Shown here piece after piece: positions 9,282 through 19,388 of a stretch of 64,000 nt of DNA. This DNA is from Rhodospirillaceae bacterium. GTDB taxonomy: Bacteria > Pseudomonadota > Alphaproteobacteria > Rhodospirillales > UBA2165. The position numbers and the translations under genes were made by a program. Each line of letters opens with the position of its first letter. Positions within the stretch are counted from its first letter, which is position 1. The stretch is taken from the NCBI GenBank assembly GCA_947467145.1, contig CANIGJ010000002.1, forward strand, positions 168,441 through 232,440, written 5' to 3'. The notes beneath the pieces are model-generated. The model was not told where the DNA came from. It saw only the letters and a program-made list of their open reading frames with translations, and ran no database searches.

Positions 9282-10616
9282 TTATCCTCCCGTCTGCGGC
9301 GCGGTTGGCGCCTGAATGTTGTTGGTCGCCAGTCTATCTTGTGTGCGGCCGAGCCACCAAGCTACGGCCATCCACACACCGGCGACCGGCACACATAGCC
9401 AAAAGATTGTGGCAATATCTAGGCCCATGCCGCCCGCCAGGCCCTGATAGGCCCAGCCACTGGCCATGTCGCCGCCGCGGAATACGGCGGTATCGATGAA
9501 ATTCTTGGTCTTATACCGCTGCTCGCGGCTGACCACGGTATAGAGCACATTGAGCGACGGCACCTGGATCGCGTAATCGGCCGAGCGGCGCACGATCTGG
9601 AAGGCGATCAGCACGACCATGGTGGGCGCGAGGGCGAGAGCGGCGAACCCGACGGCCGTGATCGCGGCCAGCGCCATGATGGCGGGCGTCACACCGAAGC
9701 GTTTGACCAGGCGTCCCGTCGCCAGCAACTGGCAGAGCAGGGTGAGGGTGGACACGGCCAAATCCATGCCGGCGAAGACGCGTGTGCGTTCGCCCGCATC
9801 CGTGAACGCATTGCGCACGATATCCGCCTGCTGGAAATAGAGCACGGTCGAGGTCGTGGTGTAGAGCAACATGAAGACGCACAGCCCGAGCAGGTAGGGC
9901 GACTTCAGCGCCTCGGTCACGCCGGCCAGGATGCCGCCGCCGATGGCCTCGGGTTCGGTGGTTTGTGCGTCCGGCGTTTGCGCTGCCGCCAGTTGGCTCA
10001 GTTGACGCACACACAGGATGGCGAAGGCGAGCAGCACAGCCGTGACCAGCATCAGGTTGGCCGGCCCCATCTCGATGGCGAGCGCGAAGGTGATGGAGGG
10101 GCCGAGCACCGTGCCCGCCGTGCCGCCGGCTGCGATGAAACCGAACAGGCGCTTGCCCTGATCGGTTTTGAAGATGTCGGTCATGAAGCTCCAGAAGACC
10201 GACACGACGAACAGATTGTAGACGCTGGTCCAGATGAAAAACGCGCGTGCGATATAGGTCTTCTCGATGTCGAGCTGGAACAGCACCCAGAAGATCGCGA
10301 GGTTCGCGATGAAGAACCAATAGATATAGGGAATGAACTGACAGCGCCGATAGGTCTTCACCACCCAGCCGAAAAACGGCACGACGCACAACATAGCGAA
10401 GAACGTGCCGGTGAAAAGGTAAGGCAGCATGCCTGGCCCGCTGGCGACACCCATCTCGTCGCGGATGGGCCGGAGTACGAAGTAGCCGCAGAGCAGCGAG
10501 AAGAAGTATGCGAACGACCACAGCAAGGCTGCCGCCTCGCCAGGCTTCACATCGACGCAGAGACGAAGGGCGCGCTGCAGCTTTTCGTTCATAAGGCTAT
10601 TTTCGTTTGGCGCCAC
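9282..10616 (-). CDS. MFS-type transporter related to the TLC/Npt nucleotide (ATP:ADP antiporter) family
   Basis: 444 aa, multi-TM. N-terminal LWSFAYFFSLLCGYFVLRPIRDEMG resembles the TLC-family signature. The GTG start overlaps the prpC stop by 1 nt. An alternative ATG is at 10592. Confidence 0.55.
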   Translation of the reverse strand: MAPNENSLMNEKLQRALRLCVDVKPGEAAALLWSFAYFFSLLCGYFVLRPIRDEMGVASGPGMLPYLFTGTFFAMLCVVPFFGWVVKTYRRCQFIPYIYWFFIANLAIFWVLFQLDIEKTYIARAFFIWTSVYNLFVVSVFWSFMTDIFKTDQGKRLFGFIAAGGTAGTVLGPSITFALAIEMGPANLMLVTAVLLAFAILCVRQLSQLAAAQTPDAQTTEPEAIGGGILAGVTEALKSPYLLGLCVFMLLYTTTSTVLYFQQADIVRNAFTDAGERTRVFAGMDLAVSTLTLLCQLLATGRLVKRFGVTPAIMALAAITAVGFAALALAPTMVVLIAFQIVRRSADYAIQVPSLNVLYTVVSREQRYKTKNFIDTAVFRGGDMASGWAYQGLAGGMGLDIATIFWLCVPVAGVWMAVAWWLGRTQDRLATNNIQAPTAPQTGG

Positions 10617-11743
10617 TATCTTTTATTTATTGGCGTGACGTCGCGATCCGTCGGGCCGGTATAGGCCGACAGCGGGCGGATCAATTGGTTGTCGGCGTTC
10701 TGTTCCAGATAATGCGCGACCCATCCGGTGATGCGCGCGGCGACGAAGATCGGCGTATAGAGATTGATCGGAAAGCCCATCAGGTAATAGACCGGGCCCG
10801 ACGGGAAATCGAGATTGGGATAGATCTTCTTTTCGCCGACCATGATGTTTTCGAGCACGTCGGAAATCTCGATCCAGCGGCGATCGCCCGCCCAGTCCGA
10901 GAGTTCTTCCAGGCAGCGCCGCATGATGGGAACGCGACTGTCGCCCCAGCGATAGACGCGATGGCCGAAGCCCATCACGAGTTGTTTCTTGGCGATGCGC
11001 GGGCGCAGCCATTTTTCGGCGCGCTTGGCCGAGCCGATCTCGCTCAGCATATCCATCACCGCTTCGTTGGCGCCGCCATGCAGCGGGCCCTTGAGCGCGC
11101 CGATGGCGCCGGTGATCGACGAATAGATGTCGGCGCGCGTCGAGGCGATGACGCGATCGGCGAAGGTCGACGCGTTGAAGCTATGTTCGGCGTAGCAGGT
11201 GAGCGAGATATCGAACGCCTTCACCACATTATCCGGCGGCACCTTGCCGAAACACATATGAAAGAAGTTGGCGGCAAACGACAGCTTCGGATTTGGCTTG
11301 ATGCGCGGCTTGCCGGACCGGAACCGGAAATCGGTCGCGATCATGGTGGGGATTTTGGCCAACAGGTCGAGCCCGCGCGCGAGGTCCGCTTTCGCCGGCT
11401 CGCCGCCCCAGGCGACTTCGCGGGTGCCGAGATAACTCACCGCCGTGCGGATCGTATCCATCGGATGCGCCGATTTGGGGAACAGCTTGATCATGGCGAT
11501 TTGATCGCGCGTCAATTCGCGCGCGGCCCGCTCGGCTTTCTCGAATGCTTTCAGTTTGGCGGAGGTCGGCAATTCGCCGTTAAACAACAGATAGGCGACT
11601 TCCTCGAACGAACATTTCTCGGCGAGCTGATCGACCGGATAGCCGCGATAGGTCAGGCGGCGCTTCTCCGGATCGACCTTGGAGATTGCGGTTTCGTCGG
11701 CCAGAACGCCGACCAAACCCTTATGGATGCTTCCCTCCGCCAT
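10616..11743 (-). CDS. prpC: 2-methylcitrate synthase (citrate synthase family)
   Basis: 375 aa. GLVGVLADETAISKVDPEKRRLTYRGYPV... is a short-type citrate/methylcitrate synthase. The gene neighbours prpB and prpD. Confidence 0.85.
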   Translation of the reverse strand: MAEGSIHKGLVGVLADETAISKVDPEKRRLTYRGYPVDQLAEKCSFEEVAYLLFNGELPTSAKLKAFEKAERAARELTRDQIAMIKLFPKSAHPMDTIRTAVSYLGTREVAWGGEPAKADLARGLDLLAKIPTMIATDFRFRSGKPRIKPNPKLSFAANFFHMCFGKVPPDNVVKAFDISLTCYAEHSFNASTFADRVIASTRADIYSSITGAIGALKGPLHGGANEAVMDMLSEIGSAKRAEKWLRPRIAKKQLVMGFGHRVYRWGDSRVPIMRRCLEELSDWAGDRRWIEISDVLENIMVGEKKIYPNLDFPSGPVYYLMGFPINLYTPIFVAARITGWVAHYLEQNADNQLIRPLSAYTGPTDRDVTPINKR

Positions 11744-11886
11744 GGCCTGTCTCCTGCTTTTGATTACGGATGATTATTGACAATCGTGTGATGGATCAGC
11801 CGCCCAATCTGGCGATAGTCTTTCGTACTTGGCAAGTGTGCGCTAATCTCATCCCAAAGCCGGGATAGGCTCGGGGGGCATTCGTC

Positions 11887-13008
11887 ATGCGGCATGCGGC
11901 TTTCGCAATTCTCGTTTTTCTGGTGACGGGCGCGGGCTCATTCAATGCCCGCGCATTCGAGGCAGCGACCCCGACCGATAGCCAAGTCGAACGCTGTCGC
12001 CAAGCCGGGGAATTCGAAAAATTCTGCCTAAGCGGCTATGTCGTGAGCGGGCTGAAATTGCCGAGCGAGGCGGTCACACTGGGCCCGCTCTCATCGACGG
12101 GAAAAATGGCGATCTACAAGCCGGATGGCCCGGGGCCATTTCCCGCATTAATTATTATGCACTCCTGCGGCGCCATCGTGCCCGAACAGACGGGCTATTG
12201 GGTCAAATCGGCGCTCGCCAACGGATACGTGGCCTTTATCCTCGATAGCTGGTCGCAACGGGGCCTGCCGAACGGTTCGTGCGACGTCTCGCCCGGCTTC
12301 AATTCGATCACGGTGCGCGTGCGCGACGCTTACGATGCGCTGGCGCGACTGGCGGAAATCCCGGCAATCGACGTGACGCGTGTCGCCGCCATTGGGTTCT
12401 CCCACGGCGGACGCGTCGCCTATTTGCTGTCGAATTCGAATCTCGCGCGGATGTTCGGCCGGCGAGACATACATTTCGCAGCAAACGTCTCGGTTTACGG
12501 CGAATGTTACAATCGCCCCACCAAATCCGCCTATCTCCGCGGGCCGATTGAAACGCCTCTGCTGGCGCTGCTGGGCGATCGCGATGAGGACGGCGATATC
12601 CGCGAATGCGAGCCGCGCTTGAAGGAATTGCAGGCGTCGGGCAGCCCGGTCGAATGGCATGTTTTCGCGGGCGCGGGCCACGCTTGGGATCAGCCGAATT
12701 TCCAGTCTGCGACGATGCGCCCTTATCCCGGTTCCACTAGCGGCTCGGTGCTCTATAAGTATGATGCGAAAGTGACCGATGAGACGCGCGCGCGCGTTCG
12801 CGTTTCTCAATGGGCGCTTGAAGCCATAAACGGCTTACGCCTAGAGCTTGAAGTTATAAACGCTCTGGTCGAACGCGCCGTAATCCTCGTAATGCAGCAC
12901 CTCGTACAGGCGCTTGCGCGTCATCATGTCGGGCACGATGTTCGCATTGGTTTCGTCGCGCTTCAGTCGGCCATACCCCTCTTCGACATTCTTCATGGCG
13001 AGGCGTAA
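11887..13008 (+). CDS. Secreted alpha/beta hydrolase, dienelactone hydrolase family
   Basis: Signal peptide MRHAAFAILVFLVTGAGSFNARA, nucleophile elbow GFSHGG, late GAGHAW. The last ~56 codons run antisense into prpB and may not belong to the native protein. Confidence 0.6.
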   Translation: MRHAAFAILVFLVTGAGSFNARAFEAATPTDSQVERCRQAGEFEKFCLSGYVVSGLKLPSEAVTLGPLSSTGKMAIYKPDGPGPFPALIIMHSCGAIVPEQTGYWVKSALANGYVAFILDSWSQRGLPNGSCDVSPGFNSITVRVRDAYDALARLAEIPAIDVTRVAAIGFSHGGRVAYLLSNSNLARMFGRRDIHFAANVSVYGECYNRPTKSAYLRGPIETPLLALLGDRDEDGDIRECEPRLKELQASGSPVEWHVFAGAGHAWDQPNFQSATMRPYPGSTSGSVLYKYDAKVTDETRARVRVSQWALEAINGLRLELEVINALVERAVILVMQHLVQALARHHVGHDVRIGFVALQSAIPLFDILHGEA

Positions 13009-13734
13009 GGACGTGACCGGATAGATCGCGATATTGTAGCCGAGATCGGTGAGCTGTTTCTTCGTCAGCAGCGGCGTCTTGCCGAATTCGGTGAGGTTCG
13101 CGAGCAGCGGCACTTTGAAGGCGCTGCGGAAGGCGGCGAAATCTTTTTCGTTATGCATCGCTTCGGGGAAGATCACATCCGCGCCGGCATCCACATAGGC
13201 TTTGCAGCGCGCGATGGCGGCGTCCAGGCCTTCGCTCTCTTTCGAATCCGTACGCGCGACGATGACGAAATTCGGATCGCGCCGCGCCGACGCTGCCGCC
13301 TTGATCTTCTGCACCATGGTCTTGGTGTCGACGAGGACCTTGTTATCCAGATGGCCGCAGCGCTTCGGCAGTTCCTGGTCTTCCAGGTGGCAGGCGGCGA
13401 GGCCGGCATCTTCCATCTCGCGGATGGTGCGCGCCGCATTCATCGCTTCGCCGAAGCCGGTGTCGGCATCGCTCAGCGCCGGCAGGTCGGTGACGCGCGC
13501 GATCTGCTTCCCTCGCATCGTCAGTTCGTCCAAGGTGATCAGGCCGATATCGGGCAAAGCCAGATCGGCCGACAAAGCGCCGCCGGAAATATAGATGCCG
13601 TCGAACCCCAGTTCCTCGACGATGCGCGCGACGATGGGCGAATGCGCGCCCGGCATCTGGATCAGCTTGCCGCTCGCCAGCATCTTTTTGAAGTCGGCGC
13701 GCTTCTCGGCCGGGGTTTTATTGGTGAAAAGCAT
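12841..13734 (-). CDS. prpB: Methylisocitrate lyase
   Basis: 297 aa. MPGAHSPIVARIVEELGFDGIYISGGALSA...KRCGHL is the PEP-mutase/isocitrate-lyase superfamily PrpB pattern. Its ATG overlaps the prpD TGA (TGATG). Confidence 0.9.
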   Translation of the reverse strand: MLFTNKTPAEKRADFKKMLASGKLIQMPGAHSPIVARIVEELGFDGIYISGGALSADLALPDIGLITLDELTMRGKQIARVTDLPALSDADTGFGEAMNAARTIREMEDAGLAACHLEDQELPKRCGHLDNKVLVDTKTMVQKIKAAASARRDPNFVIVARTDSKESEGLDAAIARCKAYVDAGADVIFPEAMHNEKDFAAFRSAFKVPLLANLTEFGKTPLLTKKQLTDLGYNIAIYPVTSLRLAMKNVEEGYGRLKRDETNANIVPDMMTRKRLYEVLHYEDYGAFDQSVYNFKL

Positions 13735-15254
13735 CAGAAAATCCCTTTCCGAGTCGCATTGGCGTCGATCAGCTTGGCGGCGTCGAGGGTGACGTTGAGG
13801 GTGCGCACGCCCGCCGCATCGAGCTTCGAAAGATTATCGACAAGGCCCAGGAAGCGCTTGGCTTCCGCATCGCTGATCAGTCCTTCGGTGAGCGTGCGGA
13901 ACTTGTTGATGTAATCGGCGCGCGCAAACGGCTTGGCGCCGGCCGGATGCGCATCGGCCACGGCCAATTCGTCGATGAGGGTTTCGCCCGACGCAAGCTT
14001 GATCTCCAGCCGGCCGCCGAAGGCGCGCTGGTTCGGATCGGGATGGTGATAGCGCTCGGTCCAGGCCTTGTCTTCGGCGGTGGTGATTTTGTGCCAGAGT
14101 TTGACGGTCGATGGCGTCTGCGCGCGTTCCGGTGTGTAAGATTTGACGTGATGCCACGCGCCATCTTCCAACGCGACCGCCAGGATATACATAATCGAAT
14201 GATCGAGGGTTTCGCGGCTCGCCTTGGGATCGAGCTTCTGCGGATCGTTGGCGCCGGTGCCAATCACATTATGCGTGTGATGGCTGGTATGCAGCACGAT
14301 GCTCTGCACGTCGCCGAGGTTCTTGATCTTTGTGCGCATCTTGCAGGCAAGATCGATGATGGCTTGCGCCTGATATTCCGCCGAATGCTGCTTGGTGTAG
14401 CTTTCCAGGATGGCGCGCTTGGCTTCACCCGGGCCCGGCAGCGGCACATGATATTCCGCCTTTGGCCCGTCGAGCACTTGGGCGATCACGCTGTCCTCGC
14501 CTTCATAGATCGGCGAGGGGGCACCTTCGCCGCGCATCGCGCGATCGACCGCTTCGATGGCGAGCTTGCCGGCATGCGCCGGTGCGAACGCTTTCCACGA
14601 CGAGATTTCGCCTTTGCGCGATTGGCGCGTCGTCACAGTTACGTGGAGGGCCTGCTGCACCGCCTGATAGATCGTGTCGGTGTCGAGCCCCAACAACGTG
14701 CCGATACCGGCGGCGGCCGACGGGCCGAGATGCGCGATGTGATCGATGCGATGTTCGTGCAGGCAGATCGCCTTCACCAGATCGATCTGGATTTCGTAAC
14801 CCGTCGCGATGCCGCGCACCAAGGCCGCTCCGTCCTTGCCGAGCTGCTGCGCGACCGCGAGCACCGGCGGGATATTGTCGGCCGGGTGCGAATAATCGGC
14901 CGCCAGGAAAGTGTCGTGGAAGTCCAATTCGCGCACCGCGGTGCCGTTGGCCCACGCCGCCCATTCGGCATCCACGGTGATATCGGGTGTGGCACCGAAC
15001 ACCGTGGCGCCGCCTTTGCGCGGATGGGCGAGCGCTTGCGCGCGCGCGGCGGCGACGGGGCCGCGATTAGCCGAGGCGATGGCGACGCTCGCGTTGTCGA
15101 TGATGCGATTGCCGATCATCTCGACCACGGCGGGCACGACCGCGATCTTGTCGGCGGCGACGGCGGCGATCTTCCAGGCGAGCTGGTCTTCCTTGGCCAG
15201 CTTTTCTTTCGACGGATAAACGCGGACGCGATGTTCTTTCATTGAAACGCTCAC
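13734..15254 (-). CDS. prpD: 2-methylcitrate dehydratase (MmgE/PrpD family)
   Basis: 506 aa. [19 protein letters not shown] and the C-terminal [11 protein letters not shown]...ADAHPAG blocks resemble bona fide PrpD. The start is either GTG 15254 or ATG 15242. Confidence 0.9.
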   Translation of the reverse strand: MSVSMKEHRVRVYPSKEKLAKEDQLAWKIAAVAADKIAVVPAVVEMIGNRIIDNASVAIASANRGPVAAARAQALAHPRKGGATVFGATPDITVDAEWAAWANGTAVRELDFHDTFLAADYSHPADNIPPVLAVAQQLGKDGAALVRGIATGYEIQIDLVKAICLHEHRIDHIAHLGPSAAAGIGTLLGLDTDTIYQAVQQALHVTVTTRQSRKGEISSWKAFAPAHAGKLAIEAVDRAMRGEGAPSPIYEGEDSVIAQVLDGPKAEYHVPLPGPGEAKRAILESYTKQHSAEYQAQAIIDLACKMRTKIKNLGDVQSIVLHTSHHTHNVIGTGANDPQKLDPKASRETLDHSIMYILAVALEDGAWHHVKSYTPERAQTPSTVKLWHKITTAEDKAWTERYHHPDPNQRAFGGRLEIKLASGETLIDELAVADAHPAGAKPFARADYINKFRTLTEGLISDAEAKRFLGLVDNLSKLDAAGVRTLNVTLDAAKLIDANATRKGIF

Positions 15255-15306
15255 TCCCTTTGCAGGGAGTGTAGCGGATCAATGGATGAATCCAATCCCT
15301 AGAGGG

Positions 15307-16515
15307 TCAGATAACGCCTTTAGACTTAAAGCCCGCGATCTGGTCCGCGCTGTAGCCCAGTGCCGCCAGAATCTCGTCGTTATGCTCGCCCGCTTCCGGG
15401 GTCGCGGTGGCGAGCTTGGACGGCGTGCGCGACAGGTGGATCGGCTGGCCGACGATCTCGAACTCGCCGATCTCGGGATGCTTCACTTTCTGCGCGATGC
15501 CGGAGAACTTCACCTGCGGATCGGCGAAGGTCTGATCGATGGTATAGATCGGCCCGCACGGAATGCCCTCGGCATTCAGCCGTTCGATCCAATAGGCCGT
15601 CGTATTCTTGCTGGTCAAATCCTCGATCATGCCGACCAGCTTGTCGCGGTTTTTGCGCCGTGCCCCGCCGGTTGCATAATCGGGATCGTCCTGCAGCTTC
15701 TCCAAGCCCATCGCCTTGCAGAAACGTTTCCACATGGCCGGCGTCGGCGCGATGTTGATATGGCCGTCGCTGACCGCATAGCGCCCTGTTGGTACGCCGG
15801 TCGGATGGTCGTTGCCGACCTGCTTGGCGACGTCCTGTTTCATCAGCCAGCGCGAAGCCTGGAAATCGAGCATGAAGATCTGCGATTCAAGCAGGTTGGC
15901 CTGCACCCATTGGCCTTCGCCCGACACATCGCGTTCGAGCAGCGCCGTCATGGCGCCGACGGCGGCGAACAGGCCGGTGCACAGATCGGCAATGGGGATG
16001 CCGACGCGCATGGGCCCACGGCCCGGCTCGCCGGTGATCGACATCAAGCCGCCCAACCCTTGCGCGATTTGATCGACGCCGGGGCGTTCGCGGTACGGGC
16101 CGTCCTCGCCGAAGCCGGAGATCGATACATACACGAGGCGCTTGTTGATCTTCTTCAGGCTCTCGTAATCGATGCCCAAACGGAATTTCACGTCGGGGCG
16201 GTAGTTTTCCACGACGACGTCGGCGCTGGCGATCAGCTTCTTCAGGATCTCCAGGCCTTCCGGCTCTTTGAGATTGAGCGTCACGCTGCGCTTGTTGCGG
16301 TGCAGGTTCTGGAAATCGGGATCGTGGCGGGTGGAGAAATCCTCCGAATCCGGCATCTCGACCTTGATCACATTGGCGCCCCAATCGGCGAACTGGCGCA
16401 CGCAGGTCGGCCCGGAGCGCACGCGCGTCAGGTCGATGACGGTGATGTGGTTGAGCGCCTTGGCGGGTGCCGGGAGCGTGGTGGCAAGGGCGTTGCTGGA
16501 GGCCATACGGGTCAC
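15307..16515 (-). CDS. Family III (CaiB/BaiF) CoA-transferase
   Basis: 402 aa. VIDLTRVRSGPTCVRQFADWGANVIKVE and the SISGFG motif are typical of CaiB/BaiF enzymes. Confidence 0.85.
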   Translation of the reverse strand: MTRMASSNALATTLPAPAKALNHITVIDLTRVRSGPTCVRQFADWGANVIKVEMPDSEDFSTRHDPDFQNLHRNKRSVTLNLKEPEGLEILKKLIASADVVVENYRPDVKFRLGIDYESLKKINKRLVYVSISGFGEDGPYRERPGVDQIAQGLGGLMSITGEPGRGPMRVGIPIADLCTGLFAAVGAMTALLERDVSGEGQWVQANLLESQIFMLDFQASRWLMKQDVAKQVGNDHPTGVPTGRYAVSDGHINIAPTPAMWKRFCKAMGLEKLQDDPDYATGGARRKNRDKLVGMIEDLTSKNTTAYWIERLNAEGIPCGPIYTIDQTFADPQVKFSGIAQKVKHPEIGEFEIVGQPIHLSRTPSKLATATPEAGEHNDEILAALGYSADQIAGFKSKGVI

Positions 16516-16581
16516 CTGATGTGAGGATTGTCGTTACCCCGCATCATAATCACCGCGTCGATTTGCGCAAACGCCCGGACT

Positions 16582-18624
16582 TCAGTTCCCGTATAAGAAA
16601 TTCGGCAGCCACAGGGTCATCCCCGGCCAGACATACATGATGGCGAGGCAGAGGATGACGATCAGCATGTAGGGCATCATGCCGGCGAAGATCTGGTTGA
16701 GCGTGACATGCTTGGGCGCCACGCCTTTCAGATAGAACGCCGACATGGCGACCGGGGGCGACAGGAACGCGGCCTGTAAATTGACCGCGACCATGGTGCC
16801 GAACAGCACCGGATCGACCTGGAAGTGCGTCAGCAGCGGAATGAAGATCGGCACGAAGATCACGATGATCTCGGTCCATTCCAACGGCCAGCCCAGCAGG
16901 AAGATGATGGCCTGCGCGACGATCATGAATTGCAGGGGCGAAAGGTCCATGCTCAGCACCCATTGCTCGATCAGGTGCTGGCCGCCATGCAGCGCGAAGA
17001 CGGCCGAGAAGAGCGCCGAGCCGACGAACAGCCAGCACACCATCGCGGTGGTCTTGGCGGTGAGGAACGTCGATTCCTGCAACATGGTGAGCAGGCGGCG
17101 TTGCGTCAGCAGATCGTAAATCCACGGCACGGCGCAGCCGAGGAACACGCCGCCGAGTGAGCCGGACACGATCAGGGTCATGACGTCGCCGCGCATCGAG
17201 CCGAGGCCGGCGCCGATGATCGCGCCGACGAGTGTCGCCCAGAGGGTCCAGCGGCGGTATTTCTCGAAGCTCGCCAGATACAGCGCGCCCAACGCGCCGA
17301 TGCCGGCCGATTCGGTGGCCGTCGTGATGCCGAACAAGATGACGGCGAGCACGATGAAGGTCAGCACGCCGAGCGGCATGACTGACGCTTCGAGCATCTT
17401 CAGAATCTCGATATGCTCGCCGTCAAAGCCGCGATAATAATACAGCATCAACAGGCCCATGAAGGCGGCGAAACCCCAGAACCATTCGTCGAAATCTTCG
17501 GGGATATGATTGAGCTCGGGGGCGCGCACCGTATCGGCGCCGAATTCTTGCGGCGCACCGTCGCGGCCCATCTGTTCAACCGGCGAGCCGTTGTCGGTGC
17601 CGAGTTCTTGCGAATCTTCTTCGGGTTCGGTGGCCTCGGCATCTTCGGCGGTTGGCTCAGCCAAGCCGCCGCTGGTATCCGCCGCCGATTGCTCCATGCC
17701 GATCGGTGTCGCGGTATTTGTCTCGGGCGCGTTGTGGATCACGACATACCACCACGCGGCGGCGAACAGGATCACGACCATGATCAACGGCACCAGGGCC
17801 GCGAACAAGGTGCTCAGCACGGTACCGTAAGTAACCGGATTGCCCTTCAGATCGACCTGACCGCGCACCGATGCAGGCGCGAACAAGGTCCGGAACAACC
17901 CGATGACCACGCCACCGGCGCTGCGCTCCAAATTCTTCAGCCACTCGGGGACGGGAATGCGGTACTGATCGGCCGGCAGCTTGGGCGCGACCTTGGGGTC
18001 GATCATCGCCCAGCCGACGATATAGACGAGATAGAGGAAGGTGAGGAAAAATCCCGGCAGCATCGCGGCGGCATAAAGCTTCACGATCGATTGGCCGGCG
18101 ACGGCGGCATAGACGATCAGCATAACCGACGGCGGGATCAGGATGCCGAGGGTGCCGCCGGCGGTGATGGCGCCCGATGCGAGGCGCACATCGTAGCCCG
18201 CGTTCAGCATGGGGCGCAGCGCGATGACGCCCATCAGCACGACGACGGCGCCGACGATGCCCGATGCGATGCCCCAGAAGGCGCAAACGAGAAGCGTGGT
18301 GACGGCGAGCGATCCGGGCACGCGGCGAAACGCGAGCTGCACGGAGTAGAACATTCGGTCCACCAGGGCCGCGCGTTCGATGACGTAACCCATGAAGACG
18401 AACAACGGGATCGATATCAGCGTCTCGTTGTTCATCGCGCCGTAGGTGCGCTGCACCATCAGATCGAAGATCTGATTCTCGTACCAATGGCGCATGGGGT
18501 CGTAGAAGGCGAGATAGCCGAACACCATGCCGAGGCCCATCATGGTGAAGGCCGTCGGGAAGCCCATCATGATCGCAACGACGATGAGGCCAAGCATCGA
18601 CAGGCCCAACATCGGATCGCTCAC
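16582..18624 (-). CDS. TRAP transporter large permease (DctM-type) with a large internal insertion
   Basis: 680 aa. The N- and C-terminal thirds align by eye with the 472-aa DctM paralog at 59612..61030. The middle carries extra TM segments and an acidic loop. Confidence 0.85.
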   Translation of the reverse strand: MSDPMLGLSMLGLIVVAIMMGFPTAFTMMGLGMVFGYLAFYDPMRHWYENQIFDLMVQRTYGAMNNETLISIPLFVFMGYVIERAALVDRMFYSVQLAFRRVPGSLAVTTLLVCAFWGIASGIVGAVVVLMGVIALRPMLNAGYDVRLASGAITAGGTLGILIPPSVMLIVYAAVAGQSIVKLYAAAMLPGFFLTFLYLVYIVGWAMIDPKVAPKLPADQYRIPVPEWLKNLERSAGGVVIGLFRTLFAPASVRGQVDLKGNPVTYGTVLSTLFAALVPLIMVVILFAAAWWYVVIHNAPETNTATPIGMEQSAADTSGGLAEPTAEDAEATEPEEDSQELGTDNGSPVEQMGRDGAPQEFGADTVRAPELNHIPEDFDEWFWGFAAFMGLLMLYYYRGFDGEHIEILKMLEASVMPLGVLTFIVLAVILFGITTATESAGIGALGALYLASFEKYRRWTLWATLVGAIIGAGLGSMRGDVMTLIVSGSLGGVFLGCAVPWIYDLLTQRRLLTMLQESTFLTAKTTAMVCWLFVGSALFSAVFALHGGQHLIEQWVLSMDLSPLQFMIVAQAIIFLLGWPLEWTEIIVIFVPIFIPLLTHFQVDPVLFGTMVAVNLQAAFLSPPVAMSAFYLKGVAPKHVTLNQIFAGMMPYMLIVILCLAIMYVWPGMTLWLPNFLYGN

Positions 18625-19343
18625 GATTGGCCTCCCGATTTGTCATTGGTGCTGCGCGCGCGCGCCGCGTCGTGGATTTCCTGTCCCTTCGACATGGCTT
18701 CTTGGCGCGACGCCTCGTCGATGAATTCGCTATTGGCCAATTGCCCGCCGACGACGTCGATTTCCTCGACGTCCTTGTGGCGCAGCGGCCAGGCGCCGGT
18801 GCGCAGGCACACGATGCAGCGCACGATCTCGGCCGCGCCCTGGATCATCACCAGCACGCCGGCGATCGGGATGATGGTCTTGAAGTGATAGACCGGCGGG
18901 CCGTTGGCGGTGACGTTGGAATGTTCGTCGATGCGCCATGACAGCCCGGCGTAATGATAGCCGGCATAGATCAGCGCCAGGATGCCCGGGATGAAAAACA
19001 GGAAATAGAGCACGAGGTCGAAGGCCGCCTGCGTGCGCGGCTTCATCGAGCCGTAGAGGAAATCGCCGCGTACATGCGCGTTCTGTGCCAACGCATAAGC
19101 GCCGCACATCATGAACAGCGTGCCGTAGATCATGTTCTCGGCGTCGTAGATCCATGCGGTGGGCGCGTTCAGGATGTAGCGCTTGAAGACTTCGGCGCCG
19201 ACGACGATCGACAGGATGACGATCAGCCACGCGAAGGTCTTGCCCGACCATTCGCTGAGGCGATCAACCCGATAGAGGAGCTTCTGGACGTCCATCGCGC
19301 TTTTATGACCGATTACACATATAGAGCCGTGTAGATACGACAA
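18621..19343 (-). CDS. TRAP transporter small permease (DctQ-type)
   Basis: Four hydrophobic segments, and the stop overlaps the DctM start by 4 nt. An alternative ATG is at 19295 (MDVQKLLYRV...). Confidence 0.75.
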   Translation of the reverse strand: MSYLHGSICVIGHKSAMDVQKLLYRVDRLSEWSGKTFAWLIVILSIVVGAEVFKRYILNAPTAWIYDAENMIYGTLFMMCGAYALAQNAHVRGDFLYGSMKPRTQAAFDLVLYFLFFIPGILALIYAGYHYAGLSWRIDEHSNVTANGPPVYHFKTIIPIAGVLVMIQGAAEIVRCIVCLRTGAWPLRHKDVEEIDVVGGQLANSEFIDEASRQEAMSKGQEIHDAARARSTNDKSGGQS

Positions 19344-19388
19344 CGCGAGACATCCCGTTTTCGCGGGATGTCTCGCGCCGTTAAAGCG

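Noticed and set aside
12841-13008. 168-nt convergent overlap between the dienelactone-hydrolase-like ORF and prpB, considered as a possible antisense-regulation device
   Set aside because: The hydrolase domain appears complete before the overlap. The extra ~56 codons (LELEVINALVERAVILVMQHLVQ...) look like read-through in stop-poor GC-rich antisense sequence. I cannot tell the true C-terminus without homolog alignment.
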